A stretch of DNA of 64,000 nucleotides from a virus (taxonomy: Duplodnaviria; Caudoviricetes): positions 2,056 through 66,055 of IMG/VR virus record IMGVR_UViG_3300034019_000517, one strand, 5' to 3'. The notes beneath the pieces are model-generated. The model had not been told where the DNA came from. It searched no databases and worked only from the letters and a program-made list of their open reading frames with translations. The position numbers and the translations under genes are program-made. Shown here in pieces: positions 9,540 to 19,058 of the stretch (the stretch's first letter is position 1; every line of letters starts with the position of its first letter).

Positions 9540-9958
9540 GAAACTTTACCCCAAACGATTTTGAAGATTCAGGACAATACATTCTTAGAATGAGTTCTAA
9601 AGAAATTCAAGCTAGAGAACAAAATGAACCTTTTAATGGATACAGCAATACTGGTTATTTAACAACACTTATTAAAAAAGTGGGCTACTTAAATGGAATT
9701 GGTATTGGTAATGGACATGAACGATTAATGACATTAGTTGATATGTCTGATGGCTCTACTATGATAGGTAATTATCCTGTAAAAGATCTTACAATGAGTA
9801 ATTGTAAATTAGTTCTTTGGCAAGGAGATTCTCTAACAAGAAAACAATTACTCTGTGATTGGCTTAACAACAGTGAATTATGTCAAGAACATAGATTCGC
9901 AACTCAAGAAGAAATTGTACGTTGTGTAATGTATCAAAAATCACGTTGGAAAAATTAA
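9536..9958 (+). CDS. Hypothetical protein
   Basis: 140-aa ORF. Confidence 0.7.
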   Translation: MRNFTPNDFEDSGQYILRMSSKEIQAREQNEPFNGYSNTGYLTTLIKKVGYLNGIGIGNGHERLMTLVDMSDGSTMIGNYPVKDLTMSNCKLVLWQGDSLTRKQLLCDWLNNSELCQEHRFATQEEIVRCVMYQKSRWKN

Positions 9959-9963
9959 ATAGT

Positions 9964-10209
9964 ATGACAACACCACAAATCGTAGTTCTTACTGTTTTAG
10001 CTGCTTTAATTATTATAGGCTACTTAGGAACAAATCTTAGTTTAAAAGAAAATAATAGACTTGCCTACGGAGCTGTACAACTTATTAGTACAGGATTGTT
10101 ATTTACAATTACTATAATTATAACTTTTGATCGACAGCGTTGTATAGAAGAGTCTAAAGGTAAATGTCCTGAGTACGAACACATTGACGCTTATCGTTTA
10201 AAAGAATAA
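9964..10209 (+). CDS. Two-helix membrane protein
   Basis: Probable start ATG 9964 (MTTPQ, in frame with track ORF 9922); two hydrophobic segments. Confidence 0.65.
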   Translation: MTTPQIVVLTVLAALIIIGYLGTNLSLKENNRLAYGAVQLISTGLLFTITIIITFDRQRCIEESKGKCPEYEHIDAYRLKE

Positions 10210-10211
10210 CT

Positions 10212-11240
10212 ATGTCTTCTCAATTGTCGCTAGGAATCTCTATTGATACTCCTTTAACTATCGACTATATTCGAAGTAAAGTATCAGACTATGAGATTTA
10301 TTCTTTTTATCTAGGAGTAATAGTTACTGGGCCGTGTTACTTAAATTCGCCTTTTCATACTGATGTACATCCTAGTTTTTCGTTATATCGAAGAAAAAAC
10401 AGCCCATCAGTTCGATGGAAAGATCATGCTACAGGTTCCGGAGGAGATGTATTAGATTTTGTATCAAAACTACATTATAATATATCTATCTCCGAAACTT
10501 TGGCTCAAATTAACCAGGACTTAAAGCTGGGACATTTGAGCAAACCTACAAGATTAACTGAAAAACGTCAGTTTAAAGTTACAGAACTTAAAGCTGCAAA
10601 TGAAACATCAGAACTTAGTATTCAAAGTAAACCTTATGACAAGGAAGAACTAGACTACTGGGGAAAATATGGAATAACAGAAAAACTGTTATTGCAATTT
10701 AAAGTGTTTGCAGTTTTAAACGTGTTTATTAATAACACAGTTGTTTGGTCAAAAAGAAAAGGACAACCTATTTTTGTTTATGTATTTCAAAAAGATGCGC
10801 ATACAACGTTTAAAGTATATCGTCCGTTAAGTCCTAAAAAAGAAAAGTGGTTATCAAATACCGATCATAGTGTTATCCAAGGCTGGGATCAATTAGATCC
10901 TACTGGGGATATTTTGATACTAACAAAAAGCTTAAAAGACGTTATGGTATTACGTACTTTAGGATATAATGCAATCAGTCTTCAACAAGAAGTTGGCTCT
11001 ATTAAACCTAATGTACTAGATCAACTTAAAGACCGATTTAAAGAAATTTTTATTCTATATGATTTCGATAGAGCAGGCGTTATAGGAACTAATAAGCTAC
11101 GTAAGCGTTTTCCTTTTTTACAACCAAGATTTTTACTATGGACTCGAAATAAGCCTTTTAAAGACATTTCAGACTATAGGTCACTACATACATTAGAAGA
11201 AACTAAATCCTTTCTTAAAACTCAGCTATGGCCGAAATAA
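10212..11240 (+). CDS. dnaG: DNA primase (TOPRIM)
   Basis: N-terminal SPFH...PSFS...WKDHATGSGGDV domain; TKSLKDV and YDFDRAG TOPRIM acidic motifs; KDISD. Confidence 0.88.
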   Translation: MSSQLSLGISIDTPLTIDYIRSKVSDYEIYSFYLGVIVTGPCYLNSPFHTDVHPSFSLYRRKNSPSVRWKDHATGSGGDVLDFVSKLHYNISISETLAQINQDLKLGHLSKPTRLTEKRQFKVTELKAANETSELSIQSKPYDKEELDYWGKYGITEKLLLQFKVFAVLNVFINNTVVWSKRKGQPIFVYVFQKDAHTTFKVYRPLSPKKEKWLSNTDHSVIQGWDQLDPTGDILILTKSLKDVMVLRTLGYNAISLQQEVGSIKPNVLDQLKDRFKEIFILYDFDRAGVIGTNKLRKRFPFLQPRFLLWTRNKPFKDISDYRSLHTLEETKSFLKTQLWPK

Positions 11241-13420
11241 ACCCATACACAGAAAAGGTTGAAACAGAAGGTTTACAAGAAGAACTTTCATTTACAATTA
11301 GTGAAGGATCTGCTCCATTGATTATGGACGCCTTAATTAACTTGTACTCAGATCCTTGTGGATCTATTGTTAGAGAATTAGCATCTAATGGGATTGATGC
11401 TATTCGTGAAAAACAGCAAAAATTAGAAGGGTTAAGAGAATTAGAACCTGGAGAAGATGTTAGATATTTTTCTTCTGATTGTTTTGTAAGAATCAGTATA
11501 ACAGAAGAATTGTTTGCTAATAATAATAGTATTTCGTTTAAAGATTGCGGCGTGGGACTCAGTCCTGATAGAGTTAAAAAAGTATTTACTACTTTCGGTC
11601 AATCAACAAAACGAGATGGTAATGTAGAAATAGGAGGCTATGGAATAGGTGCTAAATCTCCATTTGCTTATACTGACAATTTTATTATCTGTACTGTATT
11701 TAACGGTACTAAAACATCATATCTAGTTTACCGAGGAGATCGAGCTCCAATGATGTCTGTAATGTCTACGGAGCCTACGGAAGAACTAAACTCTACGACT
11801 ATAATAATTCCAATTAAGGATGAATCAGATATTTTTCTGTTTAAAACTAAAATCCATGAACAGTTAAAAGCGTTTAAAAATATTCTTTTAAACGATGAAC
11901 CTATTTATGTTTTGGATAATAAAATCGTTATAGAAGACGAGCATTTTTATTTAACTAAAAATCTATTGAACATAGAGGTTTTAGTAGGAAATGTTATTTA
12001 TCCGTTGGATTTTAAATTACTGCGTCAATATCACGCTGATAAATTGCATGTTACTCGTCTTTTTAAAAGTAAAACAATATCTGTAACGTTTACAAATCTA
12101 ACTTCCTCTTGGGTACAATTTCCATCTTGTTTAACTCCACGAATTAAAATAGGAGAAGTTGATTTAATTCCTAGTCGAGAAGCTTTACGATACACTGAAA
12201 AAACACAAACAGTTTTAGTAAAAAAACTTGAACTTGCTTTATTTAGAATATCTGATTTAGTTATAGAAGCTTTGCAACTATCAACAGATGTAGAACTTTT
12301 GTTATTCATCTTAAAATACCCATTTTTAACTTATTTTGATATTAAAATTGCGTCTAAGATTAATGAACTGAATATTCATTATATTATTCCAAAAGTTATT
12401 GTTGAAATTGAAAATTCTATGGGTGGTAGAGTTTTAAAAGCTTTAGAAAAACTAAGAGTACGAACAGGTAAACCTAAATTAAGTGTGGTATCAAAACAAA
12501 ATTATGGATATTGTGTAATTCCTAAGTTTGCTTATGTATGGGATACTGACATTGAAACATATAAACATGAGTTTCTATTTTTACTACAGACTAAAGAATA
12601 TGATGGAGTTTCTATCTTAATTTTTGAAAAACAGTTTGAAGAAAATCCACTAATTCAAAAGTTTTGTGCAGATGAAAATACTATTTCACTTGTAGATGTA
12701 GCTACGGCTTATATAGAAACTAGAAAAAGTGACTATGAAAAGTGGGTGGAAGATTATACTTATGTTCCAGTAAAAACTAAAGATAACACTCTTGTTACTT
12801 TTAAACAAATATTGCTAGTAGATGGAATCTATACTGATTATAACTATAATTTTTATAGTTCTGTAAAAATAGATAATACGACTATAGATAATCTTACTGA
12901 TTGTATTTACGGAACTAGTGATGACCGCATGTTACTGTATTTAGCTTCTGTAATTAAACTGCAGAAAAAAACTCTATACAAACCTGGAATGAGAAGTAAT
13001 GTGATTTTAGTTTCACAAACTCTTAAAAATCAATTAGAAAGTGAAGGACTCGGGCAACGTGTAGAAGATTTTTTAGCAGATTCACAGAAAGAATTACAGA
13101 TCTATTTTACAACTCTTGTATTACATTGGTATTTTTCGTATGATGTAAATCGATCAAATCATACAGTTGCAAGCTTAAAATTCAAGAAATTATACGAATA
13201 TACTTCTTCAGTTCATTTAGAATTCGGTAAGTCTGAATCGAATTTTATAGAATTTCAACTTGCATGTTTAGATAAAATGCAAGAACTCAGGCTTTTAGAC
13301 TATTCTATGTTAGAATTACTAGAAGAAATTTTAAAGCCTACAGATAAGACACATTTAGACAAAGAAGCTCTAAATATACCTATCTTTACACAAAAACCAT
13401 TAATTTACGGTTTACATTAA
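11228..13420 (+). CDS. rIIA: rIIA-like protein with N-terminal GHKL ATPase domain
   Basis: LYSD...RELASNGIDA, FKDCGVGLS, STKR, IGGYGIGAKSPFAY, PSREALRY; adjacent rIIB-like gene. Confidence 0.88.
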   Translation: MAEINPYTEKVETEGLQEELSFTISEGSAPLIMDALINLYSDPCGSIVRELASNGIDAIREKQQKLEGLRELEPGEDVRYFSSDCFVRISITEELFANNNSISFKDCGVGLSPDRVKKVFTTFGQSTKRDGNVEIGGYGIGAKSPFAYTDNFIICTVFNGTKTSYLVYRGDRAPMMSVMSTEPTEELNSTTIIIPIKDESDIFLFKTKIHEQLKAFKNILLNDEPIYVLDNKIVIEDEHFYLTKNLLNIEVLVGNVIYPLDFKLLRQYHADKLHVTRLFKSKTISVTFTNLTSSWVQFPSCLTPRIKIGEVDLIPSREALRYTEKTQTVLVKKLELALFRISDLVIEALQLSTDVELLLFILKYPFLTYFDIKIASKINELNIHYIIPKVIVEIENSMGGRVLKALEKLRVRTGKPKLSVVSKQNYGYCVIPKFAYVWDTDIETYKHEFLFLLQTKEYDGVSILIFEKQFEENPLIQKFCADENTISLVDVATAYIETRKSDYEKWVEDYTYVPVKTKDNTLVTFKQILLVDGIYTDYNYNFYSSVKIDNTTIDNLTDCIYGTSDDRMLLYLASVIKLQKKTLYKPGMRSNVILVSQTLKNQLESEGLGQRVEDFLADSQKELQIYFTTLVLHWYFSYDVNRSNHTVASLKFKKLYEYTSSVHLEFGKSESNFIEFQLACLDKMQELRLLDYSMLELLEEILKPTDKTHLDKEALNIPIFTQKPLIYGLH

Positions 13421-13430
13421 ACTTAACACT

Positions 13431-14411
13431 GTGTTAGTTTTAAAAGAAACGCCTTCTAAGGCAATTTTAATTTTTGAGGATAATTCTCATTTATCATTTG
13501 ATAGAGATCATCCTAATTATCAAGACATTAAAGATAAGGTAGTTTTATACAATTCGACCAAAGACTTAACAGTTAGGAAAGAATGTAAAGAACAACTGGG
13601 TCAATATACAAAAACTCAATACGAAACTGTTTTAACAGAAGATGGCCGTTTGTACAAATCTCATGGCCAATGGTTTGTCCGAGGTAACCCTATTCCTATA
13701 GAAAAAGTACTTGCAGCAAGAATACAAGCCTGTATTGATAACAACCTGGATTTTGATTTTTTAATTAATTTCTGGAATCTAGCATCACTTAACCTTGATG
13801 TTAAAGATCAACTGTTTAGTTTTCTAGTACATAACGGACATCCAATTACAAAAAATGGATACTTTATTGCGTATAAAGCTGTTCAAATTAAGGAAAAATA
13901 CGATCCTAAAACAGGAGAACTTATTAAATATCAAGCATTTGATGAGGATACCGGAGAACAGTTATTAGAAGATTTTTCATGTGATACTGTGTTTGCTCCT
14001 TTTCATCAAGGCCCATATGGGAATATAATTAAACTTGGTGTTCCGGTAACTATGCCACGCGAAGAATGTGATGCTGATTCAAATAGAACATGTTCTACAG
14101 GACTACATGTAGGTTCTATGCAATATGTACGTCAATTTGGTCATAATGAACGTATTATCCTGCAAGTTTTAGTTGATCCGCGTAATGTGGTAGCCGTACC
14201 TGCAGATTATAATAACACTAAAATGCGAGTGTGTGAATACTACCCTATCGCATTAGTTACTAAAGAAAATGACAAAATCTATTTAGAGGAAGATTACATA
14301 AACTACTCTAAATCTGAGGTACAGAAACAAATAGCAAAATTAGAAGTTGAAAAACAGACTAAGATTGCTGAATTGGATCAAACTATTAACGTCTTAGGTA
14401 ATTTATTCTAA
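13431..14411 (+). CDS. rIIB: rIIB-like protein
   Basis: PITKNGYFIAYKAV...VTMPREECD...CSTGLHVGS...VDPRNVVAVPADYNNTKMRVCEY. Confidence 0.9.
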   Translation: MLVLKETPSKAILIFEDNSHLSFDRDHPNYQDIKDKVVLYNSTKDLTVRKECKEQLGQYTKTQYETVLTEDGRLYKSHGQWFVRGNPIPIEKVLAARIQACIDNNLDFDFLINFWNLASLNLDVKDQLFSFLVHNGHPITKNGYFIAYKAVQIKEKYDPKTGELIKYQAFDEDTGEQLLEDFSCDTVFAPFHQGPYGNIIKLGVPVTMPREECDADSNRTCSTGLHVGSMQYVRQFGHNERIILQVLVDPRNVVAVPADYNNTKMRVCEYYPIALVTKENDKIYLEEDYINYSKSEVQKQIAKLEVEKQTKIAELDQTINVLGNLF

Positions 14412-14416
14412 GATTT

Positions 14417-14932
14417 ATGTCGCGTCGAAAGATCAAACCTTCTTCTAAAAGGATTGTTAAAATAACGATCCCTGAATTCATTACTCACTTGCCATATAGC
14501 AAGACTAAATTCAAGAAGATAAACGGTCAATCGGTTTACGCGGGCATGAATAAGTTTGTTAGAGCTACTATAATGCGAAAAATGCATGAATACTTAGAAA
14601 AACATATCCCAACAGGTATGAAGTTTTCAGGGCCAATTCGCACTTCCCTACAAATGCATGCACCGATAAACTATGGAACAATAAGAGGTTCATATAATGC
14701 CGATTTGAAACAATTAGTGCTAAACTGGAAATCCCCAGAGCCTAATTATGTTCCAAATTGGGACGCAGATAATCAATGGATTTGGTTAAAAGCATTTAAT
14801 GATACGTTAGTTCATATGGGTATTATCTCAGATGATAATGTGTCAATAGTGCAAATTTCCGGAGAAGTAAGTTTTTTTCCAGTTTCGACATTAGATGAGC
14901 GTAAGCTCGTATTTATTATAGAAGAACTGTAA
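14417..14932 (+). CDS. RusA-like Holliday junction resolvase
   Basis: WDADN...KAFNDTLV..GIISDDN matches the RusA DxDN...K...D.L...G.I.DD pattern. Confidence 0.7.
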   Translation: MSRRKIKPSSKRIVKITIPEFITHLPYSKTKFKKINGQSVYAGMNKFVRATIMRKMHEYLEKHIPTGMKFSGPIRTSLQMHAPINYGTIRGSYNADLKQLVLNWKSPEPNYVPNWDADNQWIWLKAFNDTLVHMGIISDDNVSIVQISGEVSFFPVSTLDERKLVFIIEEL

Positions 14933-15921
14933 TGGAATTAAATTTATCACGATACGAGACAGAAACTATTAGTCATTCTGGTTTAAATGCATTTATGATT
15001 AGCCCAAGGGCTTTTCGTGCATATAAAGACGGGAGTGATTTTAATGGGTCAAAAAGCATGGATCTTGGGTCAGCCATACATGCTTATATCTTAGAACAAG
15101 AAACGTTCTATGATACGTATTTATTAAACTCTGGGGCTACTCCAAGTCCTATGTATAAGAAGTTTGTTGAAGAATTAGTTGGATATGACGTATTGTCTAT
15201 AGATCAATTAACTCAGAAACATTATGAAGATGCATACACAACTGCGGGATTTAAGAACCCTCTATTACCCAAAGTGATCGAGAATTTTGTGCAAGACAAA
15301 TTAGGTCTTAAAGAATACTATCATTTTCTAAAGTCACTGACTCCTGGAAAAATAGTGCTTTCTGAAGATGACTTTACTAAAGTTTTGTTGTGCACAGAAT
15401 CTATGTCTAACCATAAATTAGCATCCCGTTTAATTATTGGGCTCCCTTTTGAAGAGTCCTATGTTGAAAAAGAAATACTATTTGAATATCCTGGGTTTCG
15501 ATTTAAAATGAGAGCGTTTTTAGATAAACTCATTGTAGATAAAACCAAGAAACGTGTAACTATTATAGATGTAAAAACCACATCAAAGCCTGTAAAAGAC
15601 TTTGCTGAAAGTTTTTCACTATACGGATACCATAGACAAATGTATTTATACTATATTGCAACACAATACTGGCTCAAAGAACAAGGATATGATCCTTTAT
15701 CTTTTACATTTGAGTTTAAAATTGTTACGTTGCAAACTACCCCTGGGTATGAAGTTGCTGTTTATACACCTACGCCTTCTTCTTTACAAATTGCTAAATT
15801 AGCAGTTGAAGAAAACTTAGAACGTTTAAAATGGCACTTTGATAATGACCTCTGGGATTATCCTAGAGAGTATTACGAAGGGGATGGGTCATTACCTTTA
15901 GACCTTATTGATACTATATAA
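14932..15921 (+). CDS. PD-(D/E)xK exonuclease (RecE/exonuclease VIII-like)
   Basis: ISHSGL, GSAIHAYILE, EKEI, LDKL, IIDVKTT, YHRQMYLY. Confidence 0.85.
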   Translation: MELNLSRYETETISHSGLNAFMISPRAFRAYKDGSDFNGSKSMDLGSAIHAYILEQETFYDTYLLNSGATPSPMYKKFVEELVGYDVLSIDQLTQKHYEDAYTTAGFKNPLLPKVIENFVQDKLGLKEYYHFLKSLTPGKIVLSEDDFTKVLLCTESMSNHKLASRLIIGLPFEESYVEKEILFEYPGFRFKMRAFLDKLIVDKTKKRVTIIDVKTTSKPVKDFAESFSLYGYHRQMYLYYIATQYWLKEQGYDPLSFTFEFKIVTLQTTPGYEVAVYTPTPSSLQIAKLAVEENLERLKWHFDNDLWDYPREYYEGDGSLPLDLIDTI

Positions 15922-16478
15922 TGGCACAAGATAAGAAAACACTTTCTACAGTATTTTTACTTCCTTTAACAGGAATAAAAAAGAAGGATTTGGAACCTTA
16001 TTTTGTCGATTGTTATATGGATGATATACGCATGGGAACAACAGAATACTCTGATAACCATGTGTTTATTCTACTAAGATGTGAGATGCTAAAACGTTTT
16101 ACAGACTTAGAGGCTTGGTTAGAAGGCTTAAAGCATTTTAAAGCTTCCTATGATGTATACGACGGAGCTTTAATGATGTATATTTTTGAAGTTCCCGCTC
16201 TTCTACAAGCTGATTATCAAAAGATTAAAAAAGGTCAATACTCTAAAATTTCTGATGATGCAAAAACTCTGATTAAAGAGGTATGGGGAAGTTCTCAACA
16301 AGTATCTCAGATACTAGAAAAACACCCAGATCTGAAAAGAAAACAAGAAGAGAAGATAGGTATGGATATAGGAGATCAAGAAGTATGGTCAATCCCAGAT
16401 CCGGATAAAGAGTTGTTTTCTCCAGAGGTTTTACTATTTGTAATCTCTTCATTACGAACAAAAGGGCGCTTAGTGTAG
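15921..16478 (+). CDS. Hypothetical protein
   Basis: TAATG coupling to the exonuclease; STVFLLP...GQYSKIS motif recalled from crAss-like replication modules. Confidence 0.75.
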   Translation: MAQDKKTLSTVFLLPLTGIKKKDLEPYFVDCYMDDIRMGTTEYSDNHVFILLRCEMLKRFTDLEAWLEGLKHFKASYDVYDGALMMYIFEVPALLQADYQKIKKGQYSKISDDAKTLIKEVWGSSQQVSQILEKHPDLKRKQEEKIGMDIGDQEVWSIPDPDKELFSPEVLLFVISSLRTKGRLV

Positions 16479-16486
16479 CCCTTTTT
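16460..16486 (+). terminator. Intrinsic terminator overlapping the stop codon
   Basis: AAAAGGGC-N10-GCCCTTTTT. Confidence 0.7.
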
Positions 16487-16501
16487 AACTTTTATATTAT
16501 T

Positions 16502-16990
16502 ATGGCAACAACCACAAAATCCAAAACCGCACCAGCTACTACAGCTGCTGCAACTGCTTGTTCATTCGACAAAATTAAAGTTGGAGAACGATTCAGTATG
16601 ACTGATTACTTTACTGTTGTGTCTGTGGACAAAACAAATGAAAGTATGATAGTTAAAAATGCCTCCGGTAACACTCTTACCATTAAGGGTAAAGAGCTTA
16701 TTGAGCAGTCTTTACTTTCTAATCAACAGTTTTCTTCTAAAGTAGCTGTAGGTAAGAATGAAATGGCAGAACGCCTATTAAGTGCCGGTGACAAAATCTT
16801 TACTGTTACTTTTGAAAAACAAGATGGTTCTAAGCGTGTGCTTACTGGCCATTTAATTAGTGGAGAACCTAATTTAGGACGCTCTAATGTTATTGACCTG
16901 GAGATTACTAAAGGTAATGCTCTTCGTCAAGTTGACCACCGTACTATTTCTTCTTTAGTAATTAACGGTGTTTGTTACACTTCTAAATAA
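16502..16990 (+). CDS. Hypothetical protein with possible SH3/Sm-like (WYL_2-like) C-terminal domain
   Basis: FTVTFEKQDGSKRVLTG...DLE...RQVD resembles small phage SH3-like barrels; A/T-rich N-terminal tail. Confidence 0.65.
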   Translation: MATTTKSKTAPATTAAATACSFDKIKVGERFSMTDYFTVVSVDKTNESMIVKNASGNTLTIKGKELIEQSLLSNQQFSSKVAVGKNEMAERLLSAGDKIFTVTFEKQDGSKRVLTGHLISGEPNLGRSNVIDLEITKGNALRQVDHRTISSLVINGVCYTSK

Positions 16991-16998
16991 TTAAACTC

Positions 16999-17832
16999 AT
17001 GCCCACAATGCCTAAATGGGCAGTTAAACAGAGCATGCGAGATTGGATCAACAAAGCCCGTAGGGTTGGGTTGCGTCTAACCGCTTCTGATTTTTCTGCA
17101 CAACAGACTATTTTGTCTAAGAAAAAAAGAGAAATAGAAGCCCTCTTAACTGCAAAAGCAGAAATGGCATCTAAAAGTGTCCCTACTCCAAAACCTAAAA
17201 AAGGTAAAGTAGCTAAACGTGTTGTACATCATGTAATTGTTGCAGATGATTCCGGTTCTATGAGAGGCGAACGTCAAAAAGCTGCACACAAAGGCATAGT
17301 TGAATACGTTAAAACTGCGTGGAATCAAACTACAGAGCTTGATGTTCAAGTGTATTTTCATTTACTTTTCTTTGGTTCTGAGATTAAAGAAGCCTCTTTT
17401 GCTATTACTCCTGGAAATATAGACAATAAATTAGCTGAAATATATACTTGTAAACAAAATAGCACAAGATTAAATGATGCTATTATTGCCGGTATTGAAT
17501 GTGTAAAAAATGTACCTAAAACTGAGCAAGTTTTTATTGTAGCGTTTACAGACGGAGAAGAAAATGCTTCTCGTAGTACAGCGGTATTAACAAGTCAAGC
17601 AGTAAAACTAGCCATTGCAAAAGGTCAGTCTATAAGTTTGTTTAGTGGTACTTCTGCTGGTAAAACATATGCTATGTCTATTGGTATAGATGAAACTAAT
17701 GTATTACTAGTAAATAACACTCAAGAAGGATTTACTCAGGGGTTATTTCAAGCTACACAGTCTATGAAAAAGCAAACAGCTCAATATACTGCAAGTGGGA
17801 CTACGTTTAGTACCGGTTTCTATCAATCTTAA
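16999..17832 (+). CDS. von Willebrand factor A (vWA) domain protein
   Basis: MIDAS DDSGSM, T-x-LxDAI, FTDGEENAS. Confidence 0.88.
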   Translation: MPTMPKWAVKQSMRDWINKARRVGLRLTASDFSAQQTILSKKKREIEALLTAKAEMASKSVPTPKPKKGKVAKRVVHHVIVADDSGSMRGERQKAAHKGIVEYVKTAWNQTTELDVQVYFHLLFFGSEIKEASFAITPGNIDNKLAEIYTCKQNSTRLNDAIIAGIECVKNVPKTEQVFIVAFTDGEENASRSTAVLTSQAVKLAIAKGQSISLFSGTSAGKTYAMSIGIDETNVLLVNNTQEGFTQGLFQATQSMKKQTAQYTASGTTFSTGFYQS

Positions 17833-17849
17833 GCATTATTCTATTTCAT

Positions 17850-17878
17850 AAAAGGGTAGAGAAATCTACCCTTTTTTA
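17850..17878 (+). terminator. Intrinsic terminator with GAAA tetraloop
   Basis: AAAAGGGTAGA-GAAA-TCTACCCTTTTTT. Confidence 0.9.
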
Positions 17879-17887
17879 TTTCTTTTT

Positions 17888-18205
17888 ATGTCTAGTACAG
17901 AAGAATTAGCTATTCGACATAACGCTAGTAAATTACGATGGACTTTAGTAGACTTTGATAGTCTTGAAGGAATGGTAAAAGTATTAGAGTTTGGAGCTAT
18001 AAAATATTCAGTTGATAATTGGAAAAAAGGCTTACCCGTTAAAAGTATAATTGATAGTCTACTAAGACATACAGTTTCATACTTAAATGGAGAAGATATT
18101 GACCCAGAGAGTCAACTACCACACGTAGATCATATTATGTGTAATGCAATGTTTTTATCCTATATGTATAAAAACAGACCTGATATGGACAACAGAAAAC
18201 ATTAA
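17888..18205 (+). CDS. dATP/dGTP diphosphohydrolase-domain protein (DUF5664-like)
   Basis: K.RW.L...VLEFGAIKYSVDNWKKG...SLLRH...GEDIDPESQLPHVDHIMCNAMFL. Confidence 0.85.
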   Translation: MSSTEELAIRHNASKLRWTLVDFDSLEGMVKVLEFGAIKYSVDNWKKGLPVKSIIDSLLRHTVSYLNGEDIDPESQLPHVDHIMCNAMFLSYMYKNRPDMDNRKH

Positions 18206-18224
18206 CCCTATAAAAACCAACACA

Positions 18225-19058
18225 ATGCAAAATTTATCCCCTACTGGACAAGCAGTATTAAAACTTCTTCAAGCCCGGTTTTCTAGTGATGACGATGTAC
18301 CTTTTTCATTACTGTATATTTGTGCTTTAGGTATTGATTATTATATACCTCATACTGCAGCTTATGCCGTAGCAAAAGCCAAACAAGAAGAGAGTGAATA
18401 TGAAGATTTAAAGTCTTTATTGTTTTTTTTATATGGACGATCTACTTCTCCTACTAGTAATTTAACTAAAATTATTAAAGAACTTTATCTCTTACTTCAC
18501 AACTGTTATTCATATGACTTTATAGAAACGCGTTTATATGAGCAATTACTACGACCTTTAAAACCGGCAAAAGAGTTGTGGATTATAAGAGATTCTTTGC
18601 TTTTAAAAAAACTATTCAATGAGGAAAATGGAGAAACTCTACCAGATGAAATGGTGGTTAGAGCGTCTGTAAATCGGTATTTAGCTGGTCGCCATAAAGA
18701 AGAAGACCCAGAAACTTTTTCAGAAGCTATTATGCAAGGATGGGTATGGGACTGTCAAAGTACTGAAGATGAATATAATTATCAACCTGATAACCCTGGT
18801 CAATATTGGGCTTCTGTTCATGCAGGTACTACTGATGTTTTGTATTCTTTAACAGCGCCTAAGTTTTATACTCGCTTTTTTGCTAGTACTTCTGATGTAA
18901 AAGATCATAATGTACCAGAAGAAGTAGAAGTAGATAAACTAGCTCATCTAAGTCATAAAGTAGTTATGCTAAAACAAAAGTCAACAGATGTTAAAGTAAG
19001 ACTACAAAAAGTAAAGAAAACTTTATTAACCTTTCAAACTGAACTAGAAAATGTCTAA
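18225..19058 (+). CDS. Hypothetical protein
   Basis: Probable start ATG 18225 (MQNLS; in frame with track ORF 18144 and avoids the overlap); C-terminal coiled coil. Confidence 0.7.
   Translation: MQNLSPTGQAVLKLLQARFSSDDDVPFSLLYICALGIDYYIPHTAAYAVAKAKQEESEYEDLKSLLFFLYGRSTSPTSNLTKIIKELYLLLHNCYSYDFIETRLYEQLLRPLKPAKELWIIRDSLLLKKLFNEENGETLPDEMVVRASVNRYLAGRHKEEDPETFSEAIMQGWVWDCQSTEDEYNYQPDNPGQYWASVHAGTTDVLYSLTAPKFYTRFFASTSDVKDHNVPEEVEVDKLAHLSHKVVMLKQKSTDVKVRLQKVKKTLLTFQTELENV

Noticed and set aside
2204-17361. - strand ORFs within the replication arm (2,204, 5,588, 8,162, 12,031, 16,273, 17,146) and the nested + ORF 15,602-15,802
   Set aside because: Antisense or off-frame shadows of well-supported genes.
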